A DNA stretch of 64,000 nucleotides from Eledone cirrhosa (lineage: Eukaryota), in contig OZ024740.1 in the NCBI GenBank assembly GCA_964016885.1, forward strand, positions 269,204,001-269,268,000, written 5' to 3'. Below the pieces are notes generated by a model. That model did not search any database. It worked only from the letters and a program-made list of their open reading frames with translations, and had not been told where the DNA came from. Both the position numbers and the translations under genes were made by a program. This document shows positions 51,871 to 63,240 of this stretch, piece after piece (within the stretch, counting starts at the first letter, position 1; each line of letters begins with the position of its first letter).

Positions 51871-53388
51871 AAACTATTCATAATGTAAAAGACAGTTAGA
51901 ACATGGCATTCATATTTTTCTCCGTAAGAAAGATATTAGCACTTGACTTAAATGAAATCACCATAACAAACAGAGAGAGAGAGAGAGAGATGGTGCATGG
52001 GAGGGAGAGAGAAAGAGAGTGCATGTGGGAGGGAGAGAGAAAGAGAGTGCATGTGGGAGGGAGAGAGAAAGAGAGTACATGTGAGAGAGAGAGAGAGAAA
52101 GAGAGTGCATGTGAGAAAGAGAGACACCAGGCAGAGAAAGAGTTAGAAAATATTAAGTTGCCAAATATTATTCTTTTCAACAGTAGATTCAAATATTTTG
52201 TTTTCAATACTTACTAAGTATTGTAACAATACAGAACTTGAGAAATTTGCTATGATGACAACGTCAACAACAGCAACAAGACCATTGGTAAAACATGTCA
52301 ACATTATGTATAATGTAGCTAACATAATTTTATTAGTTAAATATAATCAATGGATGAATGATAAGAAAATATGAAATATCAGCATAACTGGGAAAAAGAA
52401 TATCATTTTAGACATCATCATCATCATCATCGTTCAGTTCATTTTATTCAAGCTTCTAGCAACCATCAAATATGAAAGCATCAAATCAACATGTTTATTG
52501 TTTTGCTCCATGTTTAGATTCTATTGAAGGATGATGAATTGAATGTAATTCTACATAAGTACAGATACCGATAAAACTAGAGTGCTCCAAGCCTTCTACC
52601 CTAGCCTTTGACATAAATATAAATGTCTAAATAAGAGAGCTACTATGTGTTAGGTCAACCTCTAAAAATAGCATGTACCATATATACTTGAATATAAACC
52701 GAGGAATATGTGACTATAAATCGATGGTAGAATGGGAAGTATTTTAATTGAAAGTAGTGGATTGACGGTTAGAATACATTACAGTATTTCCCAGCTCTAT
52801 ATGTTCTGTGTTCAATTCCCACCAATGCCAACTTTGCATTCTATCCCACCAATGTCAATAAAACAAATACCAAATCAACTGCTAGATTCGATTTAATTGA
52901 CTTTCTTCTCCCTCGAAATTGGTAGCCTTGTGGTTATGTTATAAAGCACCAATTTCAGTAGTAGCAGTAACAGCTATAGTTGTAGTAGTCCTGTTACAAT
53001 ATACAAGAAAAAGACAAACAAAATATATCATCAAAACTCAGGATGAGTTTATAAATAAATTGGTCAGGATATTAAATACGCCATTTAAACAATCTGTTAA
53101 TTAGCTGCCTCAGTTCATAAATGAATAAACGAGGTTTAAATTTTCGCCTATTTCTCAGACATAAAAGGTAGTGGGGAGGGCTTATATTCCGATTGGCTTT
53201 TTACAATTCACAACCTAAATTCTGGGAAGTGATCAAAATGGTAATGACCAGAATAACTTTGTATGTGGGTTTGCACAATTAGTGCAGACCTGTGGCTAAA
53301 TAACAACATGAATATAAATGAAAGAGAAATTTTAGATTGCAAATCAATTTCTTCGTTTAGTTGTAAAATTGTATAGTAAGCAACTTAC

Positions 53389-53504
53389 AGGTAAAGAATT
53401 AAATAAGGCTGAGCCTAGCCATGTTGCAAGAAAGACAGAAGCAGAAGATGATGTAGTTGACTGAGATATTGCTATCTGGATGCTGAGACATTTTACTTCA
53501 ATAC
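53389..53504 (-). CDS. FOCAD: Focadhesin-like exon (116 nt)
   Basis: cag|IEVKCLSIQIAISQSTTSSSASVFLATWLGSALFNSLP|gtaagt; phases 1/0. Confidence 0.85.
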
Positions 53505-53914
53505 CTGAAAAAAAAAATAAATAAAAGAAAATAAAAGAAGAATAACAGAAAAAATGAAAATGAAAGGAAAATAAAAAAGAAAAGAAAATGAAACATAACA
53601 CACATCATTAATTGCCAGTAATTATTTTGCCTAATGTAAGCACGGCTGCATTTATAGTGGTAACTACAGAGTTGGAAATATTTCCACAGAGCTGTTTTGA
53701 AGATTGTAAAACTGATTTTGTATTGTCCGTTGAAGCATGAATATGTTATGATGGTCATGATGATGATAAAAAGGTGGTCAGAAGAGAGTTAGCAGATATT
53801 TTTCTGTGTTGGTGTCTTGGTGTGGTAGATACATACATGTAAAAGGTGATTGGTACCTGAGGAATAGTTGTTTTAAATAGATAGGTGAAGCGTCTGTGTG
53901 GTGAACAAATAAAA

Positions 53915-54032
53915 TTATAATAATTGTTTCTACTTTTGGCACAAGGCCAGCAATTATCCAGTGTATTACTGGTACTTTATTTTATCGACCCCGTAAGGAT
54001 GAAAGGCAAAGTTAACCTCGGCGGGATTTGAA
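53915..54032 (-). mobile_element. SINE family A, 5' truncated
   Basis: Matches 2795-2905. Confidence 0.8.
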
Positions 54033-54193
54033 ATAAAATTATCATAATGAGATTTGAATTTATCTGAAAGATGCATTTCTTAATTGTTGCTAACAGGCAA
54101 AACCATTTACTAGAAATGTAACTGCATCAACAAATATATATATGAGAGTATTGAAGTTTGCTTGAAGCATTGTGGAACAATAAGTAAATATCT

Positions 54194-54644
54194 TTAAGTC
54201 GTTTGGAAGCCTCGACAATGCAAATGGGTAAATCTCCGGGTAACAAGGTCCGGTGGTGGAGAGAGAGATGTAAGTGGGTGTACGTTGAGATGCGTGGTGT
54301 GTATAAGATGTGTGAGATGTGTAGAATGAAGGGAAGAGTATAAAGGATAAAAATAAAAATAACAACACAAGAGAGAGTTACCTTGGGAGAGATTTAATAG
54401 TCCCTATATATTTCGGATTCACATCCATCAACTGGGGTTTTTTTCCTTTTTTCTCCCAAGGTAACTCTCTCTTGTGTTGTTATTTTTATTTTTATCCTTT
54501 ATACTCTTCCCTTCATTCTACACATCTCACACATCTTATACACATCACGCATCTCAACGTACACCCACTTACATCTCTCTCTCCACCACCGGACCTTGTT
54601 ACCCGGAGATTTACCCATTTGCATTGTCGAGGCTTCCAAACGAC

Positions 54645-54648
<4 letters not shown>
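54194..54648. mobile_element. Fold-back element (about 195 bp arms), probably Penelope-like, with a degenerate hammerhead in the spacer
   Basis: Arms about 54194-54390 and 54452-54648, nearly identical. Minus-strand spacer CCC-CAGUUGAU-GGAU(GUGA)AUCC-GAAAUAUAUA-GGG. Confidence 0.65.
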
Positions 54649-54675
<27 letters not shown>

Positions 54676-54926
54676 TAATTGGTGTTGGGTGCTAAAAGCG
54701 TCCGTATGCGGTAGGCCGTATGAGCACTTGATGCCCTCATAGAGCAGAGTATGATATCACATACATATTTCTCTGGCGAGAAACAATTGTAATATGTCCA
54801 ATAAATTCCTTTCGTCGCAACACTGATTCTCTTTTTTCTGTGATATGTGGGGCATATTCTTTATATGCTTTAGCTTCGGCCGACCCCCCCACAGGTACAA
54901 GCCGAAGCTGAAGCATATAGAAAATG

Positions 54927-55218
54927 TGCCCCCCACACCCTCCCACTGCAAAGTGGTCGTGGAGGAACCACGGCAAAAAAGCACCCAGCCCACACTGTAA
55001 AGTGGATGTGTAGGCGCCACGGAAAAAAAAGCACCCAGCACTCACTGTAAATGAGGTTGGTGATAGGAAGGGCATCCAGCTGTAGAAATCAAGCCAGAAT
55101 CAGTTGCCGTATGAGCAAGGCATGGTCAGCTGACCGGACACTGCCCACAACAGGACAACCCGTCTAACCCATGCTAGCATGGAAGAACGGATGTAAAACG
55201 GTGATGATGATGATGATG
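54927..55218 (+). mobile_element. SINE B / RTE-tail fragment
   Basis: Matches 42780-42945 and 47224-47358; (GAT)n tail. Confidence 0.75.
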
Positions 55219-55222
55219 AATA

Positions 55223-56228
55223 TCTGTATATATATAAAATTAAGTATGTGTGTGTGTCTGTGTGTTTGTGTATTACCTATAGGGGCCTACATCTTACGAC
55301 CGATTTTCATGAAACTTTACAGGCTCATAGATTAGTCATCGGGGAGTGTTTCCTATATATCAGCGTATCGTTTTTTTATTTCGGGGTCATTCTGCAGATA
55401 AAAATCGATAGGGGGGGGGGGGGGGGTCATCTTTTTTTAGGTATCGAAAAATAAGATTTTTGGCTCTAGCTCCCACATTTTGCCACTGATGTCATTCAAA
55501 TTTTAAAGCAAAATAGAATTTATCATTGCACATACTGTAATGGCTTTATATTTTGCATTTGTTGTTCAGGGGCGGCGTGGAAGCCACTTAAATATTAAAA
55601 AATACCACTTTTAGACTCAAATAGCTCCCACATTAATCAACCTACTTTGTTCAAATTTTACACTACACTAGAACTGATTATTTCATGTCTTAAAGTGGCT
55701 TTACATTTTGGATCTTTTGTTCAGGAACGGCGTGGCAGCCGCTGAAATATTCGAAAATACCATGTTTTCGCTCAAATTTCTGCATTTTTGGCTCTAGCTC
55801 CCACATTTTTCAACCAATTTCGTTCAAATTCAAAACTTCGGCTCTATCTCACGCATAAATCAATTTATTTGGTTCAATTTTATACAACGATAGAACCTAT
55901 CATTGCACATCTTATAGATGGTCAAAGGCAAAACGATGGCCAATGACGTCGTCTGAGCTTTTAGTTGTGTATTTGAGAATTCATCGGTTTCCAATCAAGT
56001 AACGTGAGGATATTTGGCTTAGTGTTAGAGGTCATTACTTCTCTCCCCCAGCATGCCCCTTTGTCAGTCACCCGTGTTTCTCAGTGATAGAGGTCATCAC
56101 CACCCTCCTCCACATGGCTTGTGTGTGGCCATAGATGAGTCATCGAGAAGCAGTCGCTAAGATCAACACTTTATCATCAAAGCAGATATTATTTTACCTA
56201 CCCAGGCAACGCTGGGTACTGCTGCTAG
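55223..56228 (+). mobile_element. Non-autonomous Helitron
   Basis: A|TCTGTATATATATAAAA start; 3' hairpin TACCCAGGCAACGCTGGGTA then CTAG|T; same 3' end type as 23849. Confidence 0.85.
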
Positions 56229-56239
56229 TATATATATAT

Positions 56240-56592
56240 ATATTGTTATACTTTGGGAGGGTCATGTTGTCAATAAGAAACACATGCACCAGTTGCTTTC
56301 ACTCCAATTTATTATGAATTTATAAATTTCTGGTTGGTTGGTTCCACAACCGGACGGTTGTTCATATATTGTCAAAGTTCTTTCGTCACACATTCTGTGA
56401 CCTCTTCAGTGACTGGGGATTCTTCTTGTTGTTTTGTGCCTCTCCTTTGTTCTGTCCTACGCCATCTTGTTTTTGTGTGTTTTTTGTAAAATGTTTTTGA
56501 AAATTTTTGAAAATTTATAATAAATTGGAGTGAAAGCAACTGGTGCGTGTGTTTCTTATTGGCAACATGACCCTCCCAAAGTATAACAATAT
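56240..56592. mobile_element. Fold-back element (about 80 bp arms), probably Penelope-like
   Basis: Arms about 56240-56315 and 56517-56592; hammerhead motif in the spacer. Confidence 0.65.
56371..56413 (-). ncRNA. Minimal type I hammerhead-like motif
   Basis: GUCA-CUGAAGA-G-GUCACA(GAAUG)UGUGAC-GAAA-GAAC-UU-UGAC; one extra nt before stem II and a non-palindromic stem III. Confidence 0.55.
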
Positions 56593-56687
56593 AGGTTTTA
56601 TAACAATATAGGTTTCAACACACGTTTTCAGATAAAGAATCTTGCTAAACAAATTCAGAAACGAAATATATATATATATATATATAT

Positions 56688-56948
56688 ATCATCATCATCA
56701 TCATCATCATTTTACGTCCGCTTTTCCCTGCTTGCAAGGGTGGGACGGGTCTTATTCAGCACAGCATCTCTCCACTCGTCACGGTCCCTCGTCATCTCCA
56801 CCGTGAGCTTCAATGATCTGAGGTCTGTTCTCACCACCTCCGCCCATGTTTTTCGTGGTCTACCTCTACCACGTCTTCCTTCAACTGGCATTTCCTGGCA
56901 CTTCTTCACCCATCGGTCATCCTCCATGCGCATCACATGTCCATATCA

Positions 56949-56950
<2 letters not shown>
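56688..56950 (-). mobile_element. RTE 3' fragment
   Basis: YGHVMRMEDDRWVKKC..GRGRPRKTW; (GAT)n tail; between (TA)n tracts. Confidence 0.85.
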
Positions 56951-56987
<37 letters not shown>

Positions 56988-57327
56988 CACACATATATAT
57001 ATATTATTAGCATTAAAAGTTTAAGCCAACAAATTCTGCTTTCACCCTTATGCAGGGTCTTCTGAAGATCCCAGGTAAGGGTTACAGCAGAAATTGTTTG
57101 ATTAAACATTTAATATGTGTTAATAATACATATTTGCTTTACGGGTTTATATATACTAACTAAATATATATATACTAACTATATATATATATATATATAT
57201 ATGATGATTTCTAATGAATGAAACAGTTCTAGTCCTGTAGAATCTCACCTATATTAACACTTTTATACTCTGCTATGTATTGAGTACCTTACTTACTGTG
57301 GTTACCTCCGATTCAACCCGGAATAAC

Positions 57328-57370
<43 letters not shown>

Positions 57371-57699
57371 ACCCTTATTGCACCCTCTCTCAATTTTGGT
57401 CTTTGTATTTTTATTGCTTATATATATATATATATATATATATGCATTTGTGAGTTTTATATCGAATAATGATAATATTCAGTTCATTTGCAAGCAAACA
57501 GCTTCATTACACTCTGTTTTATAGATGACCATTTCTATCCTTTTGTTATAATTGTGACAGAGAAACAACTGGCAATATTGGTTCAGTGACAGAAGATTAG
57601 AATATATATGTCGCTCTTTAAAATAGACATCGACTGATTAGCCTGAAAATTGAAAAAAAAAAAAAAAAAAAAATTGAATATCGTTTTTCGCTCTAATAT

Positions 57700-57882
57700 A
57701 ATTATTTCTACTTTTGGCACAAGGCCAGCAATTATCCCACTGCATTACTGGTACTTTATTTTATTGACCCCATAAGGATGAAAGGCAAAGTTAACCTCGG
57801 CGGGATTTGAACTCATAAAGGGCCGTAACTCCAGGCTGAAAAGTATGGTGTCCAACCCTCTACCAATACTGCCAATCCATCT
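57700..57882 (-). mobile_element. SINE family A
   Basis: Matches the family A consensus. Confidence 0.85.
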
Positions 57883-57984
57883 CTAATATGCATTTATGAG
57901 TTTTATATCGAATAATAATAAACAAAACGGCCTCATTACACAATGTTTTATAGATGACCATCACCATCCTTTTGTTCTGTCTCC

Positions 57985-58800
57985 TAACAGTGCCACCCAG
58001 TTCCACACTATAAACATGGTTGGTGATGGGAAGGACATCCAGCAGCCATAAAAATCCAGCCTAAAAAAAGCCCACTATGAGCTAGACAGGGCATAGCCAA
58101 CTGACCAGACCTATCTGATAATGGGACCACCCAGCTCCCAAATTACAGTTCTGCTATGTTGAGGGTATGGCATGTCCAACTGGACAGACCCTCCTCATAA
58201 CAATGTCACCAAGTCCCACACTGTAGATGTGGTTGGTATTAGGAAGGGCATCCAGCAGCCATATAAACCTAGCCAACACACAGTCCCAATATGTGCAAGG
58301 TATGGTGAGGCCATCTGGCCAGACTAATCTCATAACAGGACCACTCAGTTCCCCCTCAGTAGATGTGGTTGGTTAAGGAAGGGCATCCAGCTGTAAAAAT
58401 CCCAGCTAAAATACAGTTCGTTTGAGCAAGGTTAAGTGTGGCCAACTAGCTTGACATGTCTCATAAGAGTGCTTCCCAGTTCCACACTGTAAACGTGTTT
58501 GGAAGGGCATGAAGCATCCTTAACAACCCAGCCAACACACAGTCCCGATATGTATAAGGTATGGCATGGCCAACTGGCCCGACTTGTCTCATAACAGGAC
58601 CACCCAGTTCTACACTGTAAAAACGTGGTTGGTGTGAGGAAGGTTAACCATCTGCAAAAATCCTAGCCAAAATACAGTTTCATTTGAGCAAGGTATGGTG
58701 CAGCCAACTGGCCAGACTTGTATCATAATATGGATGACCTGTCTAACCCATAAAAGCATGGAAAAATGGATGTTAAAAGGTAATGATGATGATGACGATG
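57985..58800 (+). repeat. Tandem array (about 6 diverged 100-140 bp units) derived from the SINE/RTE tail
   Basis: Repeated CCCAGTTCCACACTGTAAA..GGTTGG..GGAAGGGCATCCAGC..GAGCAAGG..AACAGGACCA; ends in CTAACCCAT..(GAT)n. Confidence 0.75.
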
Positions 58801-58930
58801 ATATATGTATGTATATGTGTGTGTCTGTGTTTGCGAATGTCTTTGAACTTGCAACTAAGGTAAACAATTCAGTATGTTATCTCCTTTAAAAAAAAATTAA
58901 TAAAAAGAATCAATAAAAGTATGTACTTAC

Positions 58931-59056
58931 AGTAAGGAAGTCTGAGATAAGGATAAAACACAAGAGCCCAATTGAGAGGAGGTAGGGCTCTTTTAATATT
59001 TTTGTTGATTGCAACAAGAGCTAATTTCACTACACAGTCAGAAATTGCTTCAGAAC
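58931..59056 (-). CDS. FOCAD: Focadhesin-like exon (126 nt)
   Basis: tag|GSEAISD..ALPPLNWALVFYPYLRLPY|gtaagt; recalled human YPPVNWAALLSPLMRL; phases 1/1. Confidence 0.9.
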
Positions 59057-59940
59057 CTAAAAATAAATAATGCCAGACATACAAATGTTTTTTTTTATCA
59101 TTTAAACATTTCTAAATATATTCAACAAATACTCTAAAAAAACATTTCTCTCAATCTGTTTTTGATAAGAGACTGAGGTAGTGCAGCTGCATTATCACAG
59201 TATTTAGTTTAAATTTGGAATTGAATTGAGCTGAGCAATTGAAATATGCAAATACTTCATGAAAGATTAATCCCAGAAGAAAGAAAAAAAAACATGGATT
59301 GGAAAGGGATTATAGATGAAAAATTTAGTAAAAATAGACCTTTTTTGTTTTAAATTTTATTACAAAAATATATCTTAAACTGATATATTGAAAAGCAGAC
59401 TTGCTTAAATAAATACTGAAAAGTATTCTCAAGACATTTCAAAAATAAATGAGATTAATATAAACTAGTTCAAATTTTCCAAATACTTCTGTATTTGGTT
59501 TTTAAATTCCTTTTTGCTATTTTTTTTTATTTTCCTATTATAAATGAAAAGCACATTTGAATGCCATCGTCATATAAGGATATACGTTTTTCAAACACTA
59601 TTACTTACACAGTTATCTCTTTAGAATGAGAGAGACACTCAAGAAACATAAAATACAATGAATGAAATACAGAGGAAATAATAGTCTGTGAAATTGATAA
59701 GTTTATTGTTGAACAAACATTCCATTCATAACATTTAGAAAGATTGGAATATATACAGTACATAAATAAATTATATAAATATAAATAAATACAGATAAAG
59801 ATAACTAACTAACAGAACATTTTCACAATTAAACGTAAGAGTGGTGGAATGTGAATTGAAGTTAAATTGAAGTTGATAATCACACTTTACTTTCAATAGT
59901 ATCTAAGGTTAAGATGTATTTGAACAAGATCAATTCTTAC

Positions 59941-60021
59941 CTCGCTTGCCTTGATCAAGTAGAAAATCTACTAATGCTCGGATTATGTATTTGTTATCCA
60001 AATAATGATAATTGGTAGGTA
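59941..60021 (-). CDS. FOCAD: Focadhesin-like exon (81 nt; not in the ORF track)
   Basis: cag|VPTNYHYLDNKYIIRALVDFLLDQGKRG|gtaaga; recalled human VPTDYSYLPESSFI..GGKKG. Confidence 0.9.
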
Positions 60022-60093
60022 CTGAAAATAAACATTGTAAACATTTTATTATGAATTAGAGACATTTAGAAAGAATGCTGGTAATAAGACCTC

Positions 60094-60240
60094 ATCATCA
60101 TCATCATCATCATCGTTTAATGTCCATCTTCCACGCTTGCATGGGTTTGGACGGGAATTTTCCCACTTGAGGCAAGATTGGTTGTCTTGCTCATATAGGA
60201 CTGTCTGGCTTTCTACGGCTGGATGCCCTTCCTAACACCA
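60094..60240 (-). mobile_element. RTE 3' tail fragment
   Basis: Matches 39032-39172. Confidence 0.85.
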
Positions 60241-61459
60241 AGGCCTGTACATGTTATTCACAAGTATATAATACAATATTATAGCATTTATGTACCATTT
60301 AACAAATTACAGCACAAACTATCATTTGTTGAATACTGAGGTTAATATTTCATTCTATTAGTGACATACCTTTCAATGCATTTCTCTTTATGCTGCTTCT
60401 AGTATTCTTAAATTAAAGATTTATATGTTAATTTCCTGTTATAAGATCCTTTGCCAACATTAGGTAAAGTGACAGTACTTTCATTATAAACTAAGCAATT
60501 GGGATTTCTTTCATTCAATCCCAATAGTCTTAGTCCATTGGTTAGATGTGGTGTCAGCACCTTCTTTTATTATATCTCAAGGTATGAGAATACTTTTCAT
60601 TTAATATATTCAATTACTTCACTAATCATTTGTTATTGAATATATTGAATAAAATTATAAAATGGCTTCATGTATACCTGTTTTCATTCTCTGAAAGATA
60701 AATTCTAATTTATTTCATCAATATCTGTCTTTGTCTGTCTCTTTAACTTTAAGCAGTTTTAGTGTTCAATGGCTATTATAATTTATAATTCATTCATATA
60801 TGAATTATTGCTGATTAACTCATCCACTAACAATGAACCTATTTAACGCAGAGACAAACAGAAGGTAGCTAATTAGAATATCACATATCACTAATCAACA
60901 GAGTAAATCAAAAATTTCCTCATTAAACGGAGGTAGCCAACTAATTAAATTATATTTGAATAGCAATTTATTTGTCACTGTATGAATAAGTACAAGTGGA
61001 AAGAAATAACTGCTTAATGGTACAGAGCCATTGGTTATTTAAAACACTGTTGCATTCACTTTTGTTTAATTAGTCGCTTCATAGTTTGTAATTATATATA
61101 ATAGCCTTTTTGTTGTGTCAATATCTTTTATTAATATAGATTATTATATATCCAGGGTACACTTATGAACAAGTACTAAACTATATCATTCAGCATTGTA
61201 GATTAGTTCTTATCAATAATGCATATATTAACCCCAACCCTGTTTTATTCTTAATGTATTTATTCAGTTATTTCCAACTCGTATTTTCGTATTTTTCTAT
61301 TCTTTCCATTACCACTCAGATTTTTCTGTCTCCCTCTTTTCCCTTCTAGTTTTCCTTTTGTTGTAAAAAAAAAAAAAATGATTTTCAATGGTATGCTTTC
61401 AAGGTATGTAGAAAATGTTTTTTTTTAGTTATATTAGAGATAGCAAGGTTAATAATTAC

Positions 61460-61631
61460 CACTTGACTTTACTTCAGATACTGTAGAATTTGCCAAATAG
61501 ACATGACCCAACATCCAAGCAGAACAACATTGTATTCCAACTTCTTCCTGACTTTTCATAACAGTTTTCACCAGCTGAATTATGCTAGCTGGATTAATTA
61601 CATTGCTACATAGTGAAGGAATGGTTTGTAT
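61460..61631 (-). CDS. FOCAD: Focadhesin-like exon (172 nt; most 5' exon recognised, gene continues upstream)
   Basis: aag|IQTIPS..VGIQCCSAWMLGHVYLA..VKSS|gtaatt; recalled human IGLQSNAAWLLGHLHL. The AAG acceptor position is less certain. Confidence 0.85.
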
Positions 61632-62199
61632 CTTGAGTAAAAAATATAAAAAGGTATATATAAATAAAAATTTAATGGACGTAACATAAAACACAACAAA
61701 ATATATTCACATTTTACATATAGGTTTTTTCATGTATCCTCTCTTGGAAGAAGTACTGAGTCTTTAACCCTTTCATGACAGCATTTCTAATGAAATACAT
61801 TGTATTTTAATTAATTAATGAAGGATGTTGAGGGATTTCCTAAAATTATCAATTATTTCATTAGTAAGATAGTAACGTAATGTGTGGTTCTTACATAAAA
61901 TTATGTTAGAACATTTTAATTTAAATTGGAAACCTTTAAAATGGGAGGTTTTATTTCATAGAAACAGAGCTGGTTAAGGGTTAATATGGATTTTCATAAT
62001 TTTGATTTTAATATTTCCAAAAGATGACAGTCACAGGTGGCTGGTTTAAGAAAAGTCAACAGGCAAAAATCACAGGGGAACAATACAATGCAACAATGAT
62101 ATATATTCATTTAACACATTTCATAGTTAAAAAAGAGTCAGCTGACTGGCAGGAGTAGTTGAAAATATTGTCAAACACTGTTTTTGGCCATAAGGGGGA

Positions 62200-63030
62200 A
62201 TCATCATCATCATTGTTTTACATCCGTTTTTCCATGCTTGCATAAGTTGGACGGGTATATTCCAGTACAGGATCTCTCTATTCATCTTGGTCCTTTGTCA
62301 ACCTAGCTGTGAGATTCAGTGATTTGAGATAAGCTCTGACAACCATTGCCCAGGTATTTCTTCATTTCTCTCTATTGTAGCTCCCTTCCATTGGGATTTC
62401 TTGGCACCACTTCTACTAAGATCACTATCCTTATTCATCATAATCATCTCTCCTGCACACTACATCTGGTTTCCCTTATATCCAACCTTTCATTTAGCTC
62501 ATCTATGCTCTGACTTTCACATATGTTAACATTGCACATCCATCAAAGCATGCTTGCTTCATTTATTTCGAGCCTTTGCTATGTTTTTGTCTGTGTGCAT
62601 GTGTGATTGTGTATAAACAGATTAGCCCCGAACAAACAGACTTATGACAATAGGCATTCCAGCCATGATAATTCCATCTATTTTAGTATAGTATATCTAG
62701 CCCACAGCTTTCTGCCTCATAGCTATCCGCCACATGTGCTGGTATGGACATGTCCTCGGCTTTCTACCAGATCATCCTGCTGAGGCCTTGCTCTTGTTCG
62801 ATGTGGCGGCAGCAGTCTGGGGTGGCTGTGGGCCCCACATTGGCTGGCTGGATGTCCTCGGGGAGGATCTCTGGAGGCTCAACATCACCTTAGAGGATGG
62901 AGAGGAGCTGGCATGAGACCACCAGCAATGAAGGGCAATGGTGGACCTGGTCGGCTTTTTCAAAACAATGTTTTGGCATCGCTGGCTTAGGATGACCCCT
63001 GGCCTTGTCGAGCAAGAGCAAGAAGAAGAA
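62200..63030. mobile_element. Old RTE-like fragments (minus 62200-62580; plus 62705-63030)
   Basis: CWYGHVLG..WLDVLGEDL; GAT/GAA tails. Confidence 0.55.
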
Positions 63031-63240
63031 ATCTAGGACATCATACAATTTGTCTCCTTTTTTTAAGATAGCAGGCTGTAATAAATTGAGTTTCTTCTTT
63101 GTTCTGTTTCAAAGCATCTTGTCTTTCCTAGCATGTAGCCAGTTCTTGAGATAGGTTGAAACTAAGAAACTCATTACTCATCAAGAAACTTCAGAGTGTC
63201 AGACTATTACATCCTTCAAAATAATATATATATATATACA

